From Phormidesmis sp. (GTDB taxonomy: Bacteria; Cyanobacteriota; Cyanobacteriia; Leptolyngbyales; Leptolyngbyaceae): 64,000 nt of DNA. The stretch spans positions 1,664,001 through 1,728,000 of the forward strand of contig CBDFJR010000005.1 of assembly GCA_965248535.1 (NCBI GenBank), in the 5' to 3' direction. The notes under the pieces were generated by a model. It was given only the letters and a program-made list of their open reading frames with translations. It was not told the origin of the DNA and did not search any database. Positions 31,066 to 40,543 of the stretch are shown here, piece by piece. Numbering within the stretch: position 1 is the first letter of the stretch; the number at the start of each line of letters is the position of its first letter. Made by a program: the position numbers and the translations under genes.

Positions 31066-31086
31066 GGCTGGTCGGTGTAGTGAGCG

Positions 31087-31173
31087 GCATAACAACCCGA
31101 TTGGAGCGGATCGACAAAGTTAGTTGGTCATGTGGCAAAAAATACTCGCAGCCGCTCAATCGGAACGTTATTT
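31087..31173 (+). repeat. attC-like site
   Basis: GCATAAC-AACCCG-ATTGGAGCGG...CCGCTCAAT-CGGAAC-GTTATTT with one extrahelical base. Confidence 0.8.
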
Positions 31174-31464
31174 GTAGAGCAACCACAAATCGCAAAGTGG
31201 GCAGTTTAATTTGATGTTAGATTGCAATACTACGCAGAGAAAACTGATTGATGGCAGGGTTGCATCGAAGCTACAGAAGTATATAACTTTAGCTATCTGT
31301 GGCTATTGATAGTTGGCGATCGCTCAGAAGATTGATCAAAAAGCTTATGGTCTCAGGTTTAGTCCAACTGTTAGTGATCGCCCGTGCCTTGATTGCTGCA
31401 CGCACTCTTTAGTGCGATCGCTCCACACCCGCTAGAATTAAGTCTCTATCGGTTTTAAAAGTCT

Positions 31465-32721
31465 TTGTTATCTCAACCGTTAAAAGTCGTCGTGATTGGC
31501 GGAGGAGCGGCGGGCTTCTTTGGCGCGATCGCCTGTGCTCAAACCAACCGCAGCGCTGACGTGACCCTGCTCGAAGCGAGTCGTCAACCGCTCACCAAAG
31601 TGCTCGTGTCGGGGGGCGGACGCTGCAATGTCACCCACGCCTGTTTTGATCCAGCAATTCTGGTGCAGAACTATCCCAGAGGGGGAAAAGCGCTGCGGGG
31701 TGCCTTTAGTCAGTTTCAGGCAAAAGATACGGTCGAGTGGTTTACGGCACGCAACGTGAAGCTGAAAACTGAGGCAGACGGGCGAATGTTTCCGATTACT
31801 GACAATTCTGCCACGATCGCTCATTGTCTCATTCAACAAGCGCAGGATGCTGGAATCAACGTTTGTCTGGGAGCCAGCGTTAAATCTGTGATTAAAAAAG
31901 ACAACGCTTTTGAGATTGAGTTGCGATCGGGCGACATTCTCACCGCCGATCGCTTGTTAATCGCGACGGGCAACAGTCCCCAAGGGTATCAGATTGCTAG
32001 AGAGTTGGGGCACACGATCGAGCCGACTGCCCCGTCTTTGTTCACCTTTAATGTCAGCGACGATCGCTTAGAAGATCTGTCGGGTATTGCTGTCGATCCG
32101 GTGCGGTTGAGGTTGCAGGTTGGCGACACCAAGTTAGAGCAAACTGGGGCGCTGTTGGTGACACACTGGGGTTTGAGCGGCCCTGCGGTGTTGAAGCTGT
32201 CGGCGTGGGGTGCTAGGGTTTTGCACGAACAGCGCTATCAAGCTACGTTAGTAATTAACTGGTTGCCTAAACAAAATCCAGAAGCCCTACGACAAGAATT
32301 GTTGGCAGTCAAATCGCAGTTGCCGAGACGAGCGATCGCCTCCAGTTGTCCCGTGCTGTTGCCTCGTCGGTTGTGGGAAAAACTCACGACTACAGTAGGG
32401 ATTCAAAAAGAAACTCGTTGGGCAGAGCTTTCAAATAAAACGCTCAATCTGCTGATTCAAGAACTGACCCAGGGCAAATATCGCATCAATGGCAAAGGGG
32501 TATTTAAAGAAGAGTTTGTCACCTGTGGCGGCGTAAATCTTAAAGAAGTCGATTTCAAAACGATGGAGAGTCGCTGCTGTTTAGGACTATATTTGGCGGG
32601 CGAAGTGTTAGACATTGATGGAGTCACAGGCGGGTTCAACTTTCAGAGCGCTTGGACGACGGGCTATATTGCAGGGCAAGCGATCGGTAAGCCCCTTTTA
32701 ACAGAACTCGCAGACCAATGA
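31465..32721 (+). CDS. HI0933/YhiN-family flavoprotein oxidoreductase
   Basis: GGGAAG, SGGGRCNVT and GGFNFQSAWTTG. Confidence 0.92.
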   Translation: MLSQPLKVVVIGGGAAGFFGAIACAQTNRSADVTLLEASRQPLTKVLVSGGGRCNVTHACFDPAILVQNYPRGGKALRGAFSQFQAKDTVEWFTARNVKLKTEADGRMFPITDNSATIAHCLIQQAQDAGINVCLGASVKSVIKKDNAFEIELRSGDILTADRLLIATGNSPQGYQIARELGHTIEPTAPSLFTFNVSDDRLEDLSGIAVDPVRLRLQVGDTKLEQTGALLVTHWGLSGPAVLKLSAWGARVLHEQRYQATLVINWLPKQNPEALRQELLAVKSQLPRRAIASSCPVLLPRRLWEKLTTTVGIQKETRWAELSNKTLNLLIQELTQGKYRINGKGVFKEEFVTCGGVNLKEVDFKTMESRCCLGLYLAGEVLDIDGVTGGFNFQSAWTTGYIAGQAIGKPLLTELADQ

Positions 32722-32780
32722 TCGCGATTTGGCTTGAGTGCGATATCCTGAGATCTAATGTTTTCAGGGTCAAGTCTGCT

Positions 32781-33014
32781 ATGGCAAGACGCAAAGTGGT
32801 TCTATCGAGTCAAGCGATCGCGACCTTGCACGATCGAGTGTCGCTGATCGAGGTTGCTACGCCGCTGTTGCTCGACACCCTGATGTCTAACCCCCGAACT
32901 GCGCCATTTATTGTGACGCGCTTAGACGATCTGACAGCGATCGTGGCCCCCGGCAAGCTCGACGAACTGTTAGACCGTCTCAAAAAGTTGGGGCAACTTC
33001 CCAAAGTGCTGTAG
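32781..33014 (+). CDS. Small protein resembling the C-terminal module of the downstream helicase-associated protein
   Basis: 77 aa from the ATG at 32781; ends 10 nt before the next gene. Confidence 0.65.
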   Translation: MARRKVVLSSQAIATLHDRVSLIEVATPLLLDTLMSNPRTAPFIVTRLDDLTAIVAPGKLDELLDRLKKLGQLPKVL

Positions 33015-33024
33015 TGAGGTAAGG

Positions 33025-35238
33025 ATGGTTTCTGTGCAATTTGATAGCCACCTAAGTCAACTGGCGCAGCCCATTGTTCAAGACATGGCCAAGTCTTGGG
33101 GGTCTCGCGACAGACAAGCGTCTAAAAGTCAGGGCATTGCGGCGATTACTCGCGGGCTAAAAGATCCTAAGCAGATTCAGCAACTCATCGCAGGGCTACA
33201 GCCTTATGTGCGGCTGGCTTTAGAACTCGCTAAAGCCCAAGATGGCAAGGTTTCGGTTCGCTCGGTGATGCTCACGGCAGCGCTTTTAGGCGTTGAGCAG
33301 CCTGATCTCAAAAATAAATTTGGCAATGAAGCGATCGCTTACTCCCATGAGTTGATTCGCAGTGGTGTTTTCATTGCGACGACTCATTCCACTGACGGCT
33401 ATTATGGCTATGGGCTAAATTTTGAGTATCTGATCTCAGATGAACGAATTCTGGCGCAGGTGAGTGAGCCGAGCTTTCCAACGCTAGAGCTTGGAGAAAC
33501 CGCCGCTCCAAAGGTTTCTTCTTATCGTCGCCCTGCTAGTGTCGTGATGACCATTTTGGGCTTTTTGCAGGCACTCTCTGGGCTAGGTGGGCTTAAACTT
33601 ACCAAGTCGGGCATTCCTCAAGTCAACAGTCTCCGTAAGCTCGTGAAGGCGCTGCGCTGGCAAGAAGACGGCACAGAAATTGATGGATTTTGGTTTCCGC
33701 AACCGACGATCGCGCTGACGGCAGCGAGTGTCTATGCGGGCATTTTGACCACCAATGCTGACGACACTCAGCTAGAGTTGGCAGCCCCGATCGAAGCCTT
33801 TGCCAATCGTCCTTACCCCATTCAAATAGGTCAACTGTTGATGGGGTTGAGCGTCACGGCTGAATGGAAGGAATGGTCTGCCAGCAAGTTTTTTGATAGC
33901 AGCAGCTACGCTGAGGCGCGGCAGATTTTATTGTTGGTGTTGAAGTTGTTGCCGTCTCATCAATCGGGCTGGTTTAGCCTAGATGATTTAGAAAAGTTTC
34001 TGTTCGATCGCATCGGCGATCGCTTCTCGCTGACTGGGTTTATTCCCTCCCAGTTTCGGGCGGCGGGGGTCGATCCTGACGAGAGCGCTAAACGCTGGAG
34101 AGATCAGCGACGCAAAGACTGGCTGCAACGCGAAAAACATTGGTTTCGCTATGCCTTATCAACGTGGCTATATCTGCTGGGCATTGTTGAATTGGGATGG
34201 GATTCGCAGTCCAAATCCTCTAATCAAAATGAAGCGATCGTTAGTTTTAGAGTCACCGAGTTAGGGCAAATGATTTTGCATCCTGACTTGGCTGCATCGT
34301 TTGTTGAAATAGATCCGCAGCCTGCGTGGATTGTGCAGCCTAACTTTGAGATTCTAGTCTATATCGATGAAGTCGCCCCGTCGCAGATGATCTTTCTCGA
34401 TCGCTATGCCGATCGGCTTGACATTCAGCAACACACTGCCCACTATCGCCTGACTCGTGAGTCTGTTTATCGAGGGTTAGAGCGCGGCGGGTCGCTAGAG
34501 GAGTTTATCACCGCCCTGCGATCGGGAGCAAAGGTTGCGGTGCCGCAAAATGTGGAAATCGATCTTCAGCAATGGGGAGGCTTGCGAGAACAACTTACCT
34601 TGCGGCGCGAAACGCAAATGATTGAGTTTGCAGATCATCAAGCGATGCAAACAGCAATCGATCGGGGATTGAGCGGCAAAATTCTGGGCGATCGCTTTTT
34701 GCGAATTGATCAGATCACCCCAGATATTGAATCGTTAATCAAACAAAGAATTTACTACGATCAGCCGCTCGTTCGCTGCTTAAAAATTAGTGAAACCGGA
34801 ACGGTAACCCAAATAAAAACAGTCAAAGATCTTTTTTTGGAACCGCAGCTAGAGCGCTGGATGGAAAAACATTCAGACAAAACTTGGGCACTCACTCAAG
34901 CTAGCGTTGCTAAAGCGGCTCAAGCGGGCAACAAAGCCAGTGATATTCTCGACTTTCTAGAAGCTAGACGCACCGAGGAATTGCCGCCCTTGCTGAAGGT
35001 GGCGTTAACGGCCTGGGCAGGTCGCCCACCCGCGCTAGAGATGGCAGAAATTGTCGTTGTGCGCTGCACCAATTGGGAGGTTTTTGACGCGATCGCCCGC
35101 AGTGAGTTGCTGCGATCGCGCTTTGTTGCCCGACTGTCTCCCGATTTATTGCTGGTCGATCGGAGTCAACTTAAAAAGCTGAAACAAGATTTAGCGTGGT
35201 TGGGTCTTCAGCCGCTTGAGCAGTTGCAAATGGACTAA
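33025..35238 (+). CDS. Helicase-associated domain protein (Helicase_C_3-like, XPB-partner type)
   Basis: WIVQPNFEILV..YRLTRESVYRGLE.G..VPQNV...LQQWG, plus a second copy WALTQASV..ILDFLE...LPPLL..ALTAWAG. Confidence 0.8.
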   Translation: MVSVQFDSHLSQLAQPIVQDMAKSWGSRDRQASKSQGIAAITRGLKDPKQIQQLIAGLQPYVRLALELAKAQDGKVSVRSVMLTAALLGVEQPDLKNKFGNEAIAYSHELIRSGVFIATTHSTDGYYGYGLNFEYLISDERILAQVSEPSFPTLELGETAAPKVSSYRRPASVVMTILGFLQALSGLGGLKLTKSGIPQVNSLRKLVKALRWQEDGTEIDGFWFPQPTIALTAASVYAGILTTNADDTQLELAAPIEAFANRPYPIQIGQLLMGLSVTAEWKEWSASKFFDSSSYAEARQILLLVLKLLPSHQSGWFSLDDLEKFLFDRIGDRFSLTGFIPSQFRAAGVDPDESAKRWRDQRRKDWLQREKHWFRYALSTWLYLLGIVELGWDSQSKSSNQNEAIVSFRVTELGQMILHPDLAASFVEIDPQPAWIVQPNFEILVYIDEVAPSQMIFLDRYADRLDIQQHTAHYRLTRESVYRGLERGGSLEEFITALRSGAKVAVPQNVEIDLQQWGGLREQLTLRRETQMIEFADHQAMQTAIDRGLSGKILGDRFLRIDQITPDIESLIKQRIYYDQPLVRCLKISETGTVTQIKTVKDLFLEPQLERWMEKHSDKTWALTQASVAKAAQAGNKASDILDFLEARRTEELPPLLKVALTAWAGRPPALEMAEIVVVRCTNWEVFDAIARSELLRSRFVARLSPDLLLVDRSQLKKLKQDLAWLGLQPLEQLQMD

Positions 35239-35325
35239 ATTAACGTCAATTCGGTCAAGAAAAACCGCAACTCTAGGGAATGTCAAGTCCAGACTATCGG
35301 TTTTATTGAATTCCTATTCCTTACA

Positions 35326-36363
35326 TCAGGGATTCAAAAGGCTCTGTGCTCTGCGAATCATCTGGGCAACTTCTTGATTGGTGTCTATGCTCAAGATTTG
35401 CATCTCTGGATGCTGTTGGCTGAATACGCGAAAAACTTCATCTGAAAATGCCTGCCCGATCGCGTCTACACCCGCAAAATCGAAGACCACTACTTTAAAC
35501 TTATCCACGCCAGCTAGTAACCTTTTGGCTTGAGAACGGGATACTAATCTTTCATCACCATACTGAGCTAGACGAACAGGCACGATCGTTTTTGTAAACG
35601 CATAGTCATCCCCCGATGAAAACTGATCAAATATCTGTTTAGACGTTCTTGATGTATTGTTGTCGAGTTTCATGAAAACGGCTGTTCCAGACTGTGCCTT
35701 ATGGCTCTCTAGAATCCAATCTTCTGCTTTGTTAAACTCATGGGAGAAATAGACATTTCCAGAGAGAATTGCGAAGGCATCAAACATTCGGGACGTGAAA
35801 AATATGCCATGCCCACTGTGACGTTCTGGGTCAGTGGTAAGTTTTCCCTTGGCTAATTCAAGCACCGCATGGCGCTCATCATGCAGATGTAACTCCTTCT
35901 GAATTTTCTTAAAAATTCCTTCTCCGTTATCACAAATAATAATTTGCGTAGTGAGGGCTGTTTTCTTAACTTGAATGACGACCTCTGTGCCCGATGAGTG
36001 ATCTATGGCGTTGTTTAGCATCTCAGTGAACCCATAAACCCAGATGTCTCGGACGTTATCGGGCAAATTGGTCACTAGCGGTTTGAGGTCGGAATCCCAA
36101 ACAATATCTTCCTCCAGATTACTCGTTAGCGGATAGGTTTTTATCAGTTCAACCGACGCTTCTAATTGATAGCTTCTATTTTTTGTGGAACCTTTAGCCA
36201 CAATTGCTTTTTGCTCAATTAAGCGTTGAATATGTTTGTTGACTGCCTGCCGAGTAATGCCAAAATTTTGAGTCGTCAAAGCAACAACATCCTGCGGATG
36301 ATCGTCTATGTTCGCCAAGATAAACTGACGAATTTGTTCACCACGCTTACGAACTTTGATCAC
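35326..36363 (-). CDS. wHTH + HATPase + STAS-like (DUF4325) protein
   Basis: FGITRQAVNKHIQRL, EMLNNAIDHS..DNGEGI..GHGIFF and SRSQAKR..DFAGVDAIGQAFSDEVF. Confidence 0.85.
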   Translation of the reverse strand: MIKVRKRGEQIRQFILANIDDHPQDVVALTTQNFGITRQAVNKHIQRLIEQKAIVAKGSTKNRSYQLEASVELIKTYPLTSNLEEDIVWDSDLKPLVTNLPDNVRDIWVYGFTEMLNNAIDHSSGTEVVIQVKKTALTTQIIICDNGEGIFKKIQKELHLHDERHAVLELAKGKLTTDPERHSGHGIFFTSRMFDAFAILSGNVYFSHEFNKAEDWILESHKAQSGTAVFMKLDNNTSRTSKQIFDQFSSGDDYAFTKTIVPVRLAQYGDERLVSRSQAKRLLAGVDKFKVVVFDFAGVDAIGQAFSDEVFRVFSQQHPEMQILSIDTNQEVAQMIRRAQSLLNP

Positions 36364-36369
36364 GGGTTT

Positions 36370-36436
36370 TTACGATTTTAGATATGTCAACTTCTCTTTT
36401 TTATTGTCAACCTTACGATTTTAATTGTCAACCTTA
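36370..36436. promoter_or_regulatory. Triple direct-repeat operator
   Basis: TGTCAAC at 36385, 36405 and 36426; TTACGATTTTA at 36370 and 36413. Confidence 0.65.
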
Positions 36437-36514
36437 TGAGATTAAGCCCGATCGCAGATTGGCATAGCAGAGCCACGTCCTTCTATCGAACTCACGTTTA
36501 TTTAATCCGCGATC

Positions 36515-37030
36515 CTAGGATTCTAAATACTTCTCGTAGCCCACTGCGTCTAGCCTAGTTTGCTTCTCCATGACCTGATCGGCGAGGGTTTGACGATAGT
36601 GCAGCACTTGCGCCAGCAGATCAGGATTGTGACTCGCCAAAATCTGCACCGCCAACAAACCCGCATTGGTAGCGTTTCCGATCGCCACCGTGGCCACCGG
36701 AATTCCGGCAGGCATTTGCACGATCGAATAGAGAGAATCCACGCCTTGCAGGTGCCGACTCGCCACAGGCACCCCAATCACAGGCAGCGGCGTTAAAGCA
36801 GCCACCATTCCCGGCAAGTGGGCCGCGCCGCCTGCGCCCGCGATAATCACTTTAATGCCGCGCAGATGAGCCTGTTTGGCATAATCCACCATGCGATCGG
36901 GGGTGCGATGGGCAGACACGATCGCCACTTCGCAAGGCACGTCGAATTGTTTGCAGACGGCGATCGCGCCCTGCATAGTAGGCAGATCTGAGTCGCTGCC
37001 CATAATAATTCCGATCAGGGGTTGAGTCAT
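36515..37030 (-). CDS. purE: N5-CAIR mutase
   Basis: MGSDSD, SAHRTP and [10 protein letters not shown]. Confidence 0.97.
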   Translation of the reverse strand: MTQPLIGIIMGSDSDLPTMQGAIAVCKQFDVPCEVAIVSAHRTPDRMVDYAKQAHLRGIKVIIAGAGGAAHLPGMVAALTPLPVIGVPVASRHLQGVDSLYSIVQMPAGIPVATVAIGNATNAGLLAVQILASHNPDLLAQVLHYRQTLADQVMEKQTRLDAVGYEKYLES

Positions 37031-37033
37031 GGG

Positions 37034-38587
37034 CTAGTCGTTGTCGTCTTTGACGCTTTTGATAATGCGAGCCAGATCCATCTTTTCATCAACAGCGATG
37101 CGAGTGGGCGAACCGCTAATAATCCGCTCAAAGTTGCGGAACGAATCTTTGATATCCGGGCCTTGAGCGCTGATCGTATATTCACGAATGCCCTTATCAT
37201 GCCAAGAACCGCGCATTTTAAAGACGTTGAGCGCCCGCGACATCTCACCGCGAATCTCAACATATTGCAGCATGATAATCGTGTCAGTGATCGTCGAAAT
37301 ATGAGAGTCGGTGATCGAATGCGATCCCATAAACTGATCGGTCGTGTTGGTGAAAAATCCTGTGATTTCTTCTTGTTTGGCAAAGCCCGTCACCCCAATC
37401 ACAAACTGCCGAAAGGCGTTGTTGCTCACGCCGCGAGCTAGGGCAGAAAGCGAATCGATCGCAATCCGCGATGGCTTAAATTCGGCAATTTCTGACTTGA
37501 TAATCTGCAAATGGTCTTCTAGCCCTGCCGACTCAGGATAGGCGCAGATGATTTTGAGCAAGCCTTTTTGCTCTAAATCCTCAAAGTCGATGCCCCACGA
37601 GTAAGCGTTGCGAGAGAGTTGAGCGCGAGACTCTTCATAGGCAAATAGGATGGCCCGATCGCCCCTCTGACACGCCTCCTGCAAAAATTTGCTGACCAGC
37701 AGAGTTTTTCCGGTTCCGGTTGCCCCCGTGGTGAGAATGATCGAGTCTTTAAAGAATCCCCCACCGCACATGGTATCCAGCGTGGTCACGCCCGATGAGA
37801 CGCGAACATTGGACGATCGCTGAGTCAGGCGCATCGCCCCCAGCGGGAAAATATTGATCCCCTGATTGGTGATCGTGAAGGGATATTCACCCTTCATGTG
37901 GGTGGTGCCGCGCAGTTTGAGCACTTCGACCGTTCTTCTGCGCCGCTCACCTTCTAAAACGTTTCGCACAATCACCACGTTGTCAGAGACAAACTCTTCT
38001 ACGCCAAACCGGGCAACTGGGCCATATTCATCAATGCGCTCGGTGGTCATAATTGTGGTGGCACCCACCTGTTTGAGCCGCGCCACTAGCCGAAAAATCT
38101 CTCGCCGCACGACCCCCGCCGCCTCATATTGCTGAAACACAGCCGTCACCGAGTCGATCGACACTCGCCGCGCCTTATATTTGCGAATCGCGTACTGAAT
38201 TCGCTCAATCAGGGCAGAAAGATCAAAGTTGCCGACGACATCTTGACCTTCGGGATCGGGCGATGCGTCGAGAATAAACAGCTTGCCTTCGTCGATAAAC
38301 TTCTGAAGATCCCACCCGAAGCTCAAGGCATTTTTGATGATGTCTGCGGGCGATTCTTCAAAGGTGACAAAGATGCCTGGCTCGTCAAACTGCGTGATCC
38401 CGTTATAGAGAAACTGGGCTGCAAACAGAGTTTTTCCAGTCCCAGATGTGCCGCTGATCAGCGTCGTGCGGCCGATGGGCAGCCCACCGTGACTGATGTC
38501 GTCAAAGCCCTCAATCAGGGTACGAATTTTTTGAACGCTTGACAGGTCTACTTGATTGCGTGATTCGCTTTGATTCGTTGGATTCAT
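37034..38587 (-). CDS. kaiC: Circadian clock protein KaiC
   Basis: Two P-loops (GTSGTGKT, GATGTGKT) and the DSHISTITD phosphorylation site. Confidence 0.98.
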   Translation of the reverse strand: MNPTNQSESRNQVDLSSVQKIRTLIEGFDDISHGGLPIGRTTLISGTSGTGKTLFAAQFLYNGITQFDEPGIFVTFEESPADIIKNALSFGWDLQKFIDEGKLFILDASPDPEGQDVVGNFDLSALIERIQYAIRKYKARRVSIDSVTAVFQQYEAAGVVRREIFRLVARLKQVGATTIMTTERIDEYGPVARFGVEEFVSDNVVIVRNVLEGERRRRTVEVLKLRGTTHMKGEYPFTITNQGINIFPLGAMRLTQRSSNVRVSSGVTTLDTMCGGGFFKDSIILTTGATGTGKTLLVSKFLQEACQRGDRAILFAYEESRAQLSRNAYSWGIDFEDLEQKGLLKIICAYPESAGLEDHLQIIKSEIAEFKPSRIAIDSLSALARGVSNNAFRQFVIGVTGFAKQEEITGFFTNTTDQFMGSHSITDSHISTITDTIIMLQYVEIRGEMSRALNVFKMRGSWHDKGIREYTISAQGPDIKDSFRNFERIISGSPTRIAVDEKMDLARIIKSVKDDND

Positions 38588-38661
38588 AAAAATTGTTTTT
38601 CAAACTGGAGTAACTCTCTAAAGCTGAGGGCAACTCCGCTAACTTTGTTTATCTCTTTTTG

Positions 38662-39243
38662 CGGAATACCCCATCCGTCTATGCGGCGGGGATGGATAGC
38701 AACGGGGCGACAGCCCCAGTCTCTTAGGGCAATGAACGCAGAAATTCGCGCACAATGTCTGTCTTGGTTCGTTTTGTCTTCTTGGCATAGCGCTCAAGCT
38801 TTTTCATCTCTTCCTCCGGGACTCGAGTTGTTTCTCAGCCATGCTGTGTACTCATGTGGTACACTCATTCTAGTGGACAAGGTAATCAACCACTTAAAAA
38901 ACCTTGCTGTCGAGAGACACGCTGAACCTTGAAAATTGAATCTATGCGGTTCTACTGCATTTTTCTAGACTCCCCCTCGCAGTAGGTAAAAGATTCAGAG
39001 GAGCTAGACAAACAGCATTTTGGGGCATATCTGCTTCAAACTTAAACAGGACTTGCGGCGCTCAGTGCTGGAGGAGGGTTTCCCGACCTAGGCAACTGAG
39101 TAAGAAGCGCAAATAGGGTAGGGCATACCCGAATTAACGCTTGGGGAGAATCCCACCTCTGGGCCAGAGACTGCAAGGACTCTAGTTTAAGTGGTTTCGT
39201 TGAGCCAAGAATCCCCATCCGCCTAGGCGGGGGGGAGTGTCAA
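38662..39243 (+). mobile_element. Internally deleted IS200/IS605 (TnpB-type) element between kaiB and kaiC
   Basis: Left hairpin GAATACCCCATCCG..CGGGGATGGA; right end AGAATCCCCATCCGCCTAGGCGGGGGGGAGTGTCAA; no intact tnpA or tnpB. Confidence 0.8.
38724..38842 (-). pseudogene. Frameshifted ribbon-helix-helix (CopG-like) gene within the IS
   Basis: MAEKQL, then a frame change, then RVPEEEMKKLERYAKKTKRTKTDIVREFLRSLP*. Confidence 0.65.
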
Positions 39244-39263
39244 GTCGTGAGATCGGGAATTTT

Positions 39264-39578
39264 CTAACCATCAATTTCCTCTTCGCGGAGTTCTTCATAG
39301 AGAAGATCAAGCCCGATTAAGACTTTTTCACGATCGGAGAGGTCACCAATAATTTTCCGAACTGGGGGGGGCAAAATTTTGGCCAGCGTCGGTGTAGCTA
39401 AGATCTTATCCTCTTCGGCCAACTGCGGATTTTTGAGCACGTCAATCACTTTCAGCGCATAGACCCCTTGAAACTCTTTTTCTAAGATATTGTTCAACGT
39501 CTTGAGGGCCCGAATCGAGTTGGGCGTGTTTCCGGCAACATAGAGCTTGAGAACGTAGGTTTTCTTTAGTGGACTCAT
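39264..39578 (-). CDS. kaiB: Circadian clock protein KaiB
   Basis: [14 protein letters not shown] and [23 protein letters not shown]. Confidence 0.98.
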   Translation of the reverse strand: MSPLKKTYVLKLYVAGNTPNSIRALKTLNNILEKEFQGVYALKVIDVLKNPQLAEEDKILATPTLAKILPPPVRKIIGDLSDREKVLIGLDLLYEELREEEIDG

Positions 39579-39619
39579 AATTTAGCTGTGAGCGATGAGC
39601 GATCGGCAACTCGCAAATT

Positions 39620-40543
39620 TTAAGCCTCTCTGGGAATCGATCGACGATACATTTCACACAGATGCGCGATCGTATCAATGAGAGTCAATCGATAGTCGAG
39701 CAAAATTTCTTCACTGCGCCCCTCTAATTTTAGCTGTTTAGCAAATTCATCCATCAACTCCATGTGGGTTTCGACGATTTGAGCGACGGGGATATCGGCA
39801 AAGAAAATCGTATTCACAAAATCGTCAATTTTCTGATTCAAACCACTATCATCGACAAAATAACTGAGCACGATGACTCGATAATGATCGCGCAGTTGCG
39901 CTAAAAGCTGTTCTCGTTCAGCGTGGGGCAGATAGCGCAAAAACGTTTTAGGGTTGCGCTTGTAATAGACTCCTAAATAGCCCAAACGCTCTTTTAGCTT
40001 CTCGGTCAACCGTCGCTGATGCAGCAGCAAAAAGTTTTGGGTGCTCAGGTCAGTGGTTAGATCTGGTTTAGAAGACGCATTGGGCAGACGGCAAGAGGGC
40101 GAGAGATTGAGAAACTCGTCGATCGCGTCATCGACAAACTCAGCTATCTCCTCCAGTTTGTCGAGCGCTAATCGAACTTCGGCTGAATGATAGAGAAAGA
40201 TTAGCTGCGCTTCTAGATCAGCGACTCCAGAGACAGGGGTTGAGGTTGCGTCTAAAATAACGGTCGGCAGCAGCGTCGCCTGGTTGTGAAGCCAGGCAAT
40301 CAGAGCAGGCAACTGAGGGCCGTCTTGCAAGATTAAACAGTCAAGCCGCTGGCTCTGTTGCTCAACTAGCAAAAAAAATGCCTCTTTAGACTCTGGCATG
40401 ACAACGGTGTAGCGATCTTCTTGAGGGGTGCCGGGGACATCATGGCTCAGGGCTTGCTGCACCGAGCGCGCCAACTCCCTCGAGTTGAGAAAAACGCAAA
40501 CAAAGAGCTTGGACTGCTGAAGGTTAGAAAGTGAGGCTGTCAA
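39620..40543 (-). CDS. kaiA: Circadian clock protein KaiA (start uncertain; frame open to 40624)
   Basis: KLKERLGYLGVYYKRNP and LLDYRLTLIDTIAHLCEMYRRSIPRE. Confidence 0.95.
   Translation of the reverse strand: MTASLSNLQQSKLFVCVFLNSRELARSVQQALSHDVPGTPQEDRYTVVMPESKEAFFLLVEQQSQRLDCLILQDGPQLPALIAWLHNQATLLPTVILDATSTPVSGVADLEAQLIFLYHSAEVRLALDKLEEIAEFVDDAIDEFLNLSPSCRLPNASSKPDLTTDLSTQNFLLLHQRRLTEKLKERLGYLGVYYKRNPKTFLRYLPHAEREQLLAQLRDHYRVIVLSYFVDDSGLNQKIDDFVNTIFFADIPVAQIVETHMELMDEFAKQLKLEGRSEEILLDYRLTLIDTIAHLCEMYRRSIPREA

Larger units (their letters stand above)
27596..31173 (+). mobile_element. Integron-like gene-cassette array with no integrase in the window (CALIN-like)
   Basis: attC-like sites at 28152-28220 (degenerate), 28986-29091, 29758-29843 and 31087-31173; ORFs co-oriented; R''/R' complementarity across cassettes. 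Confidence 0.75.

Noticed and set aside
38570..38932. 120-aa plus-strand ORF
   Set aside because: It spans the IS left end and is antisense to the RHH remnant; spurious.
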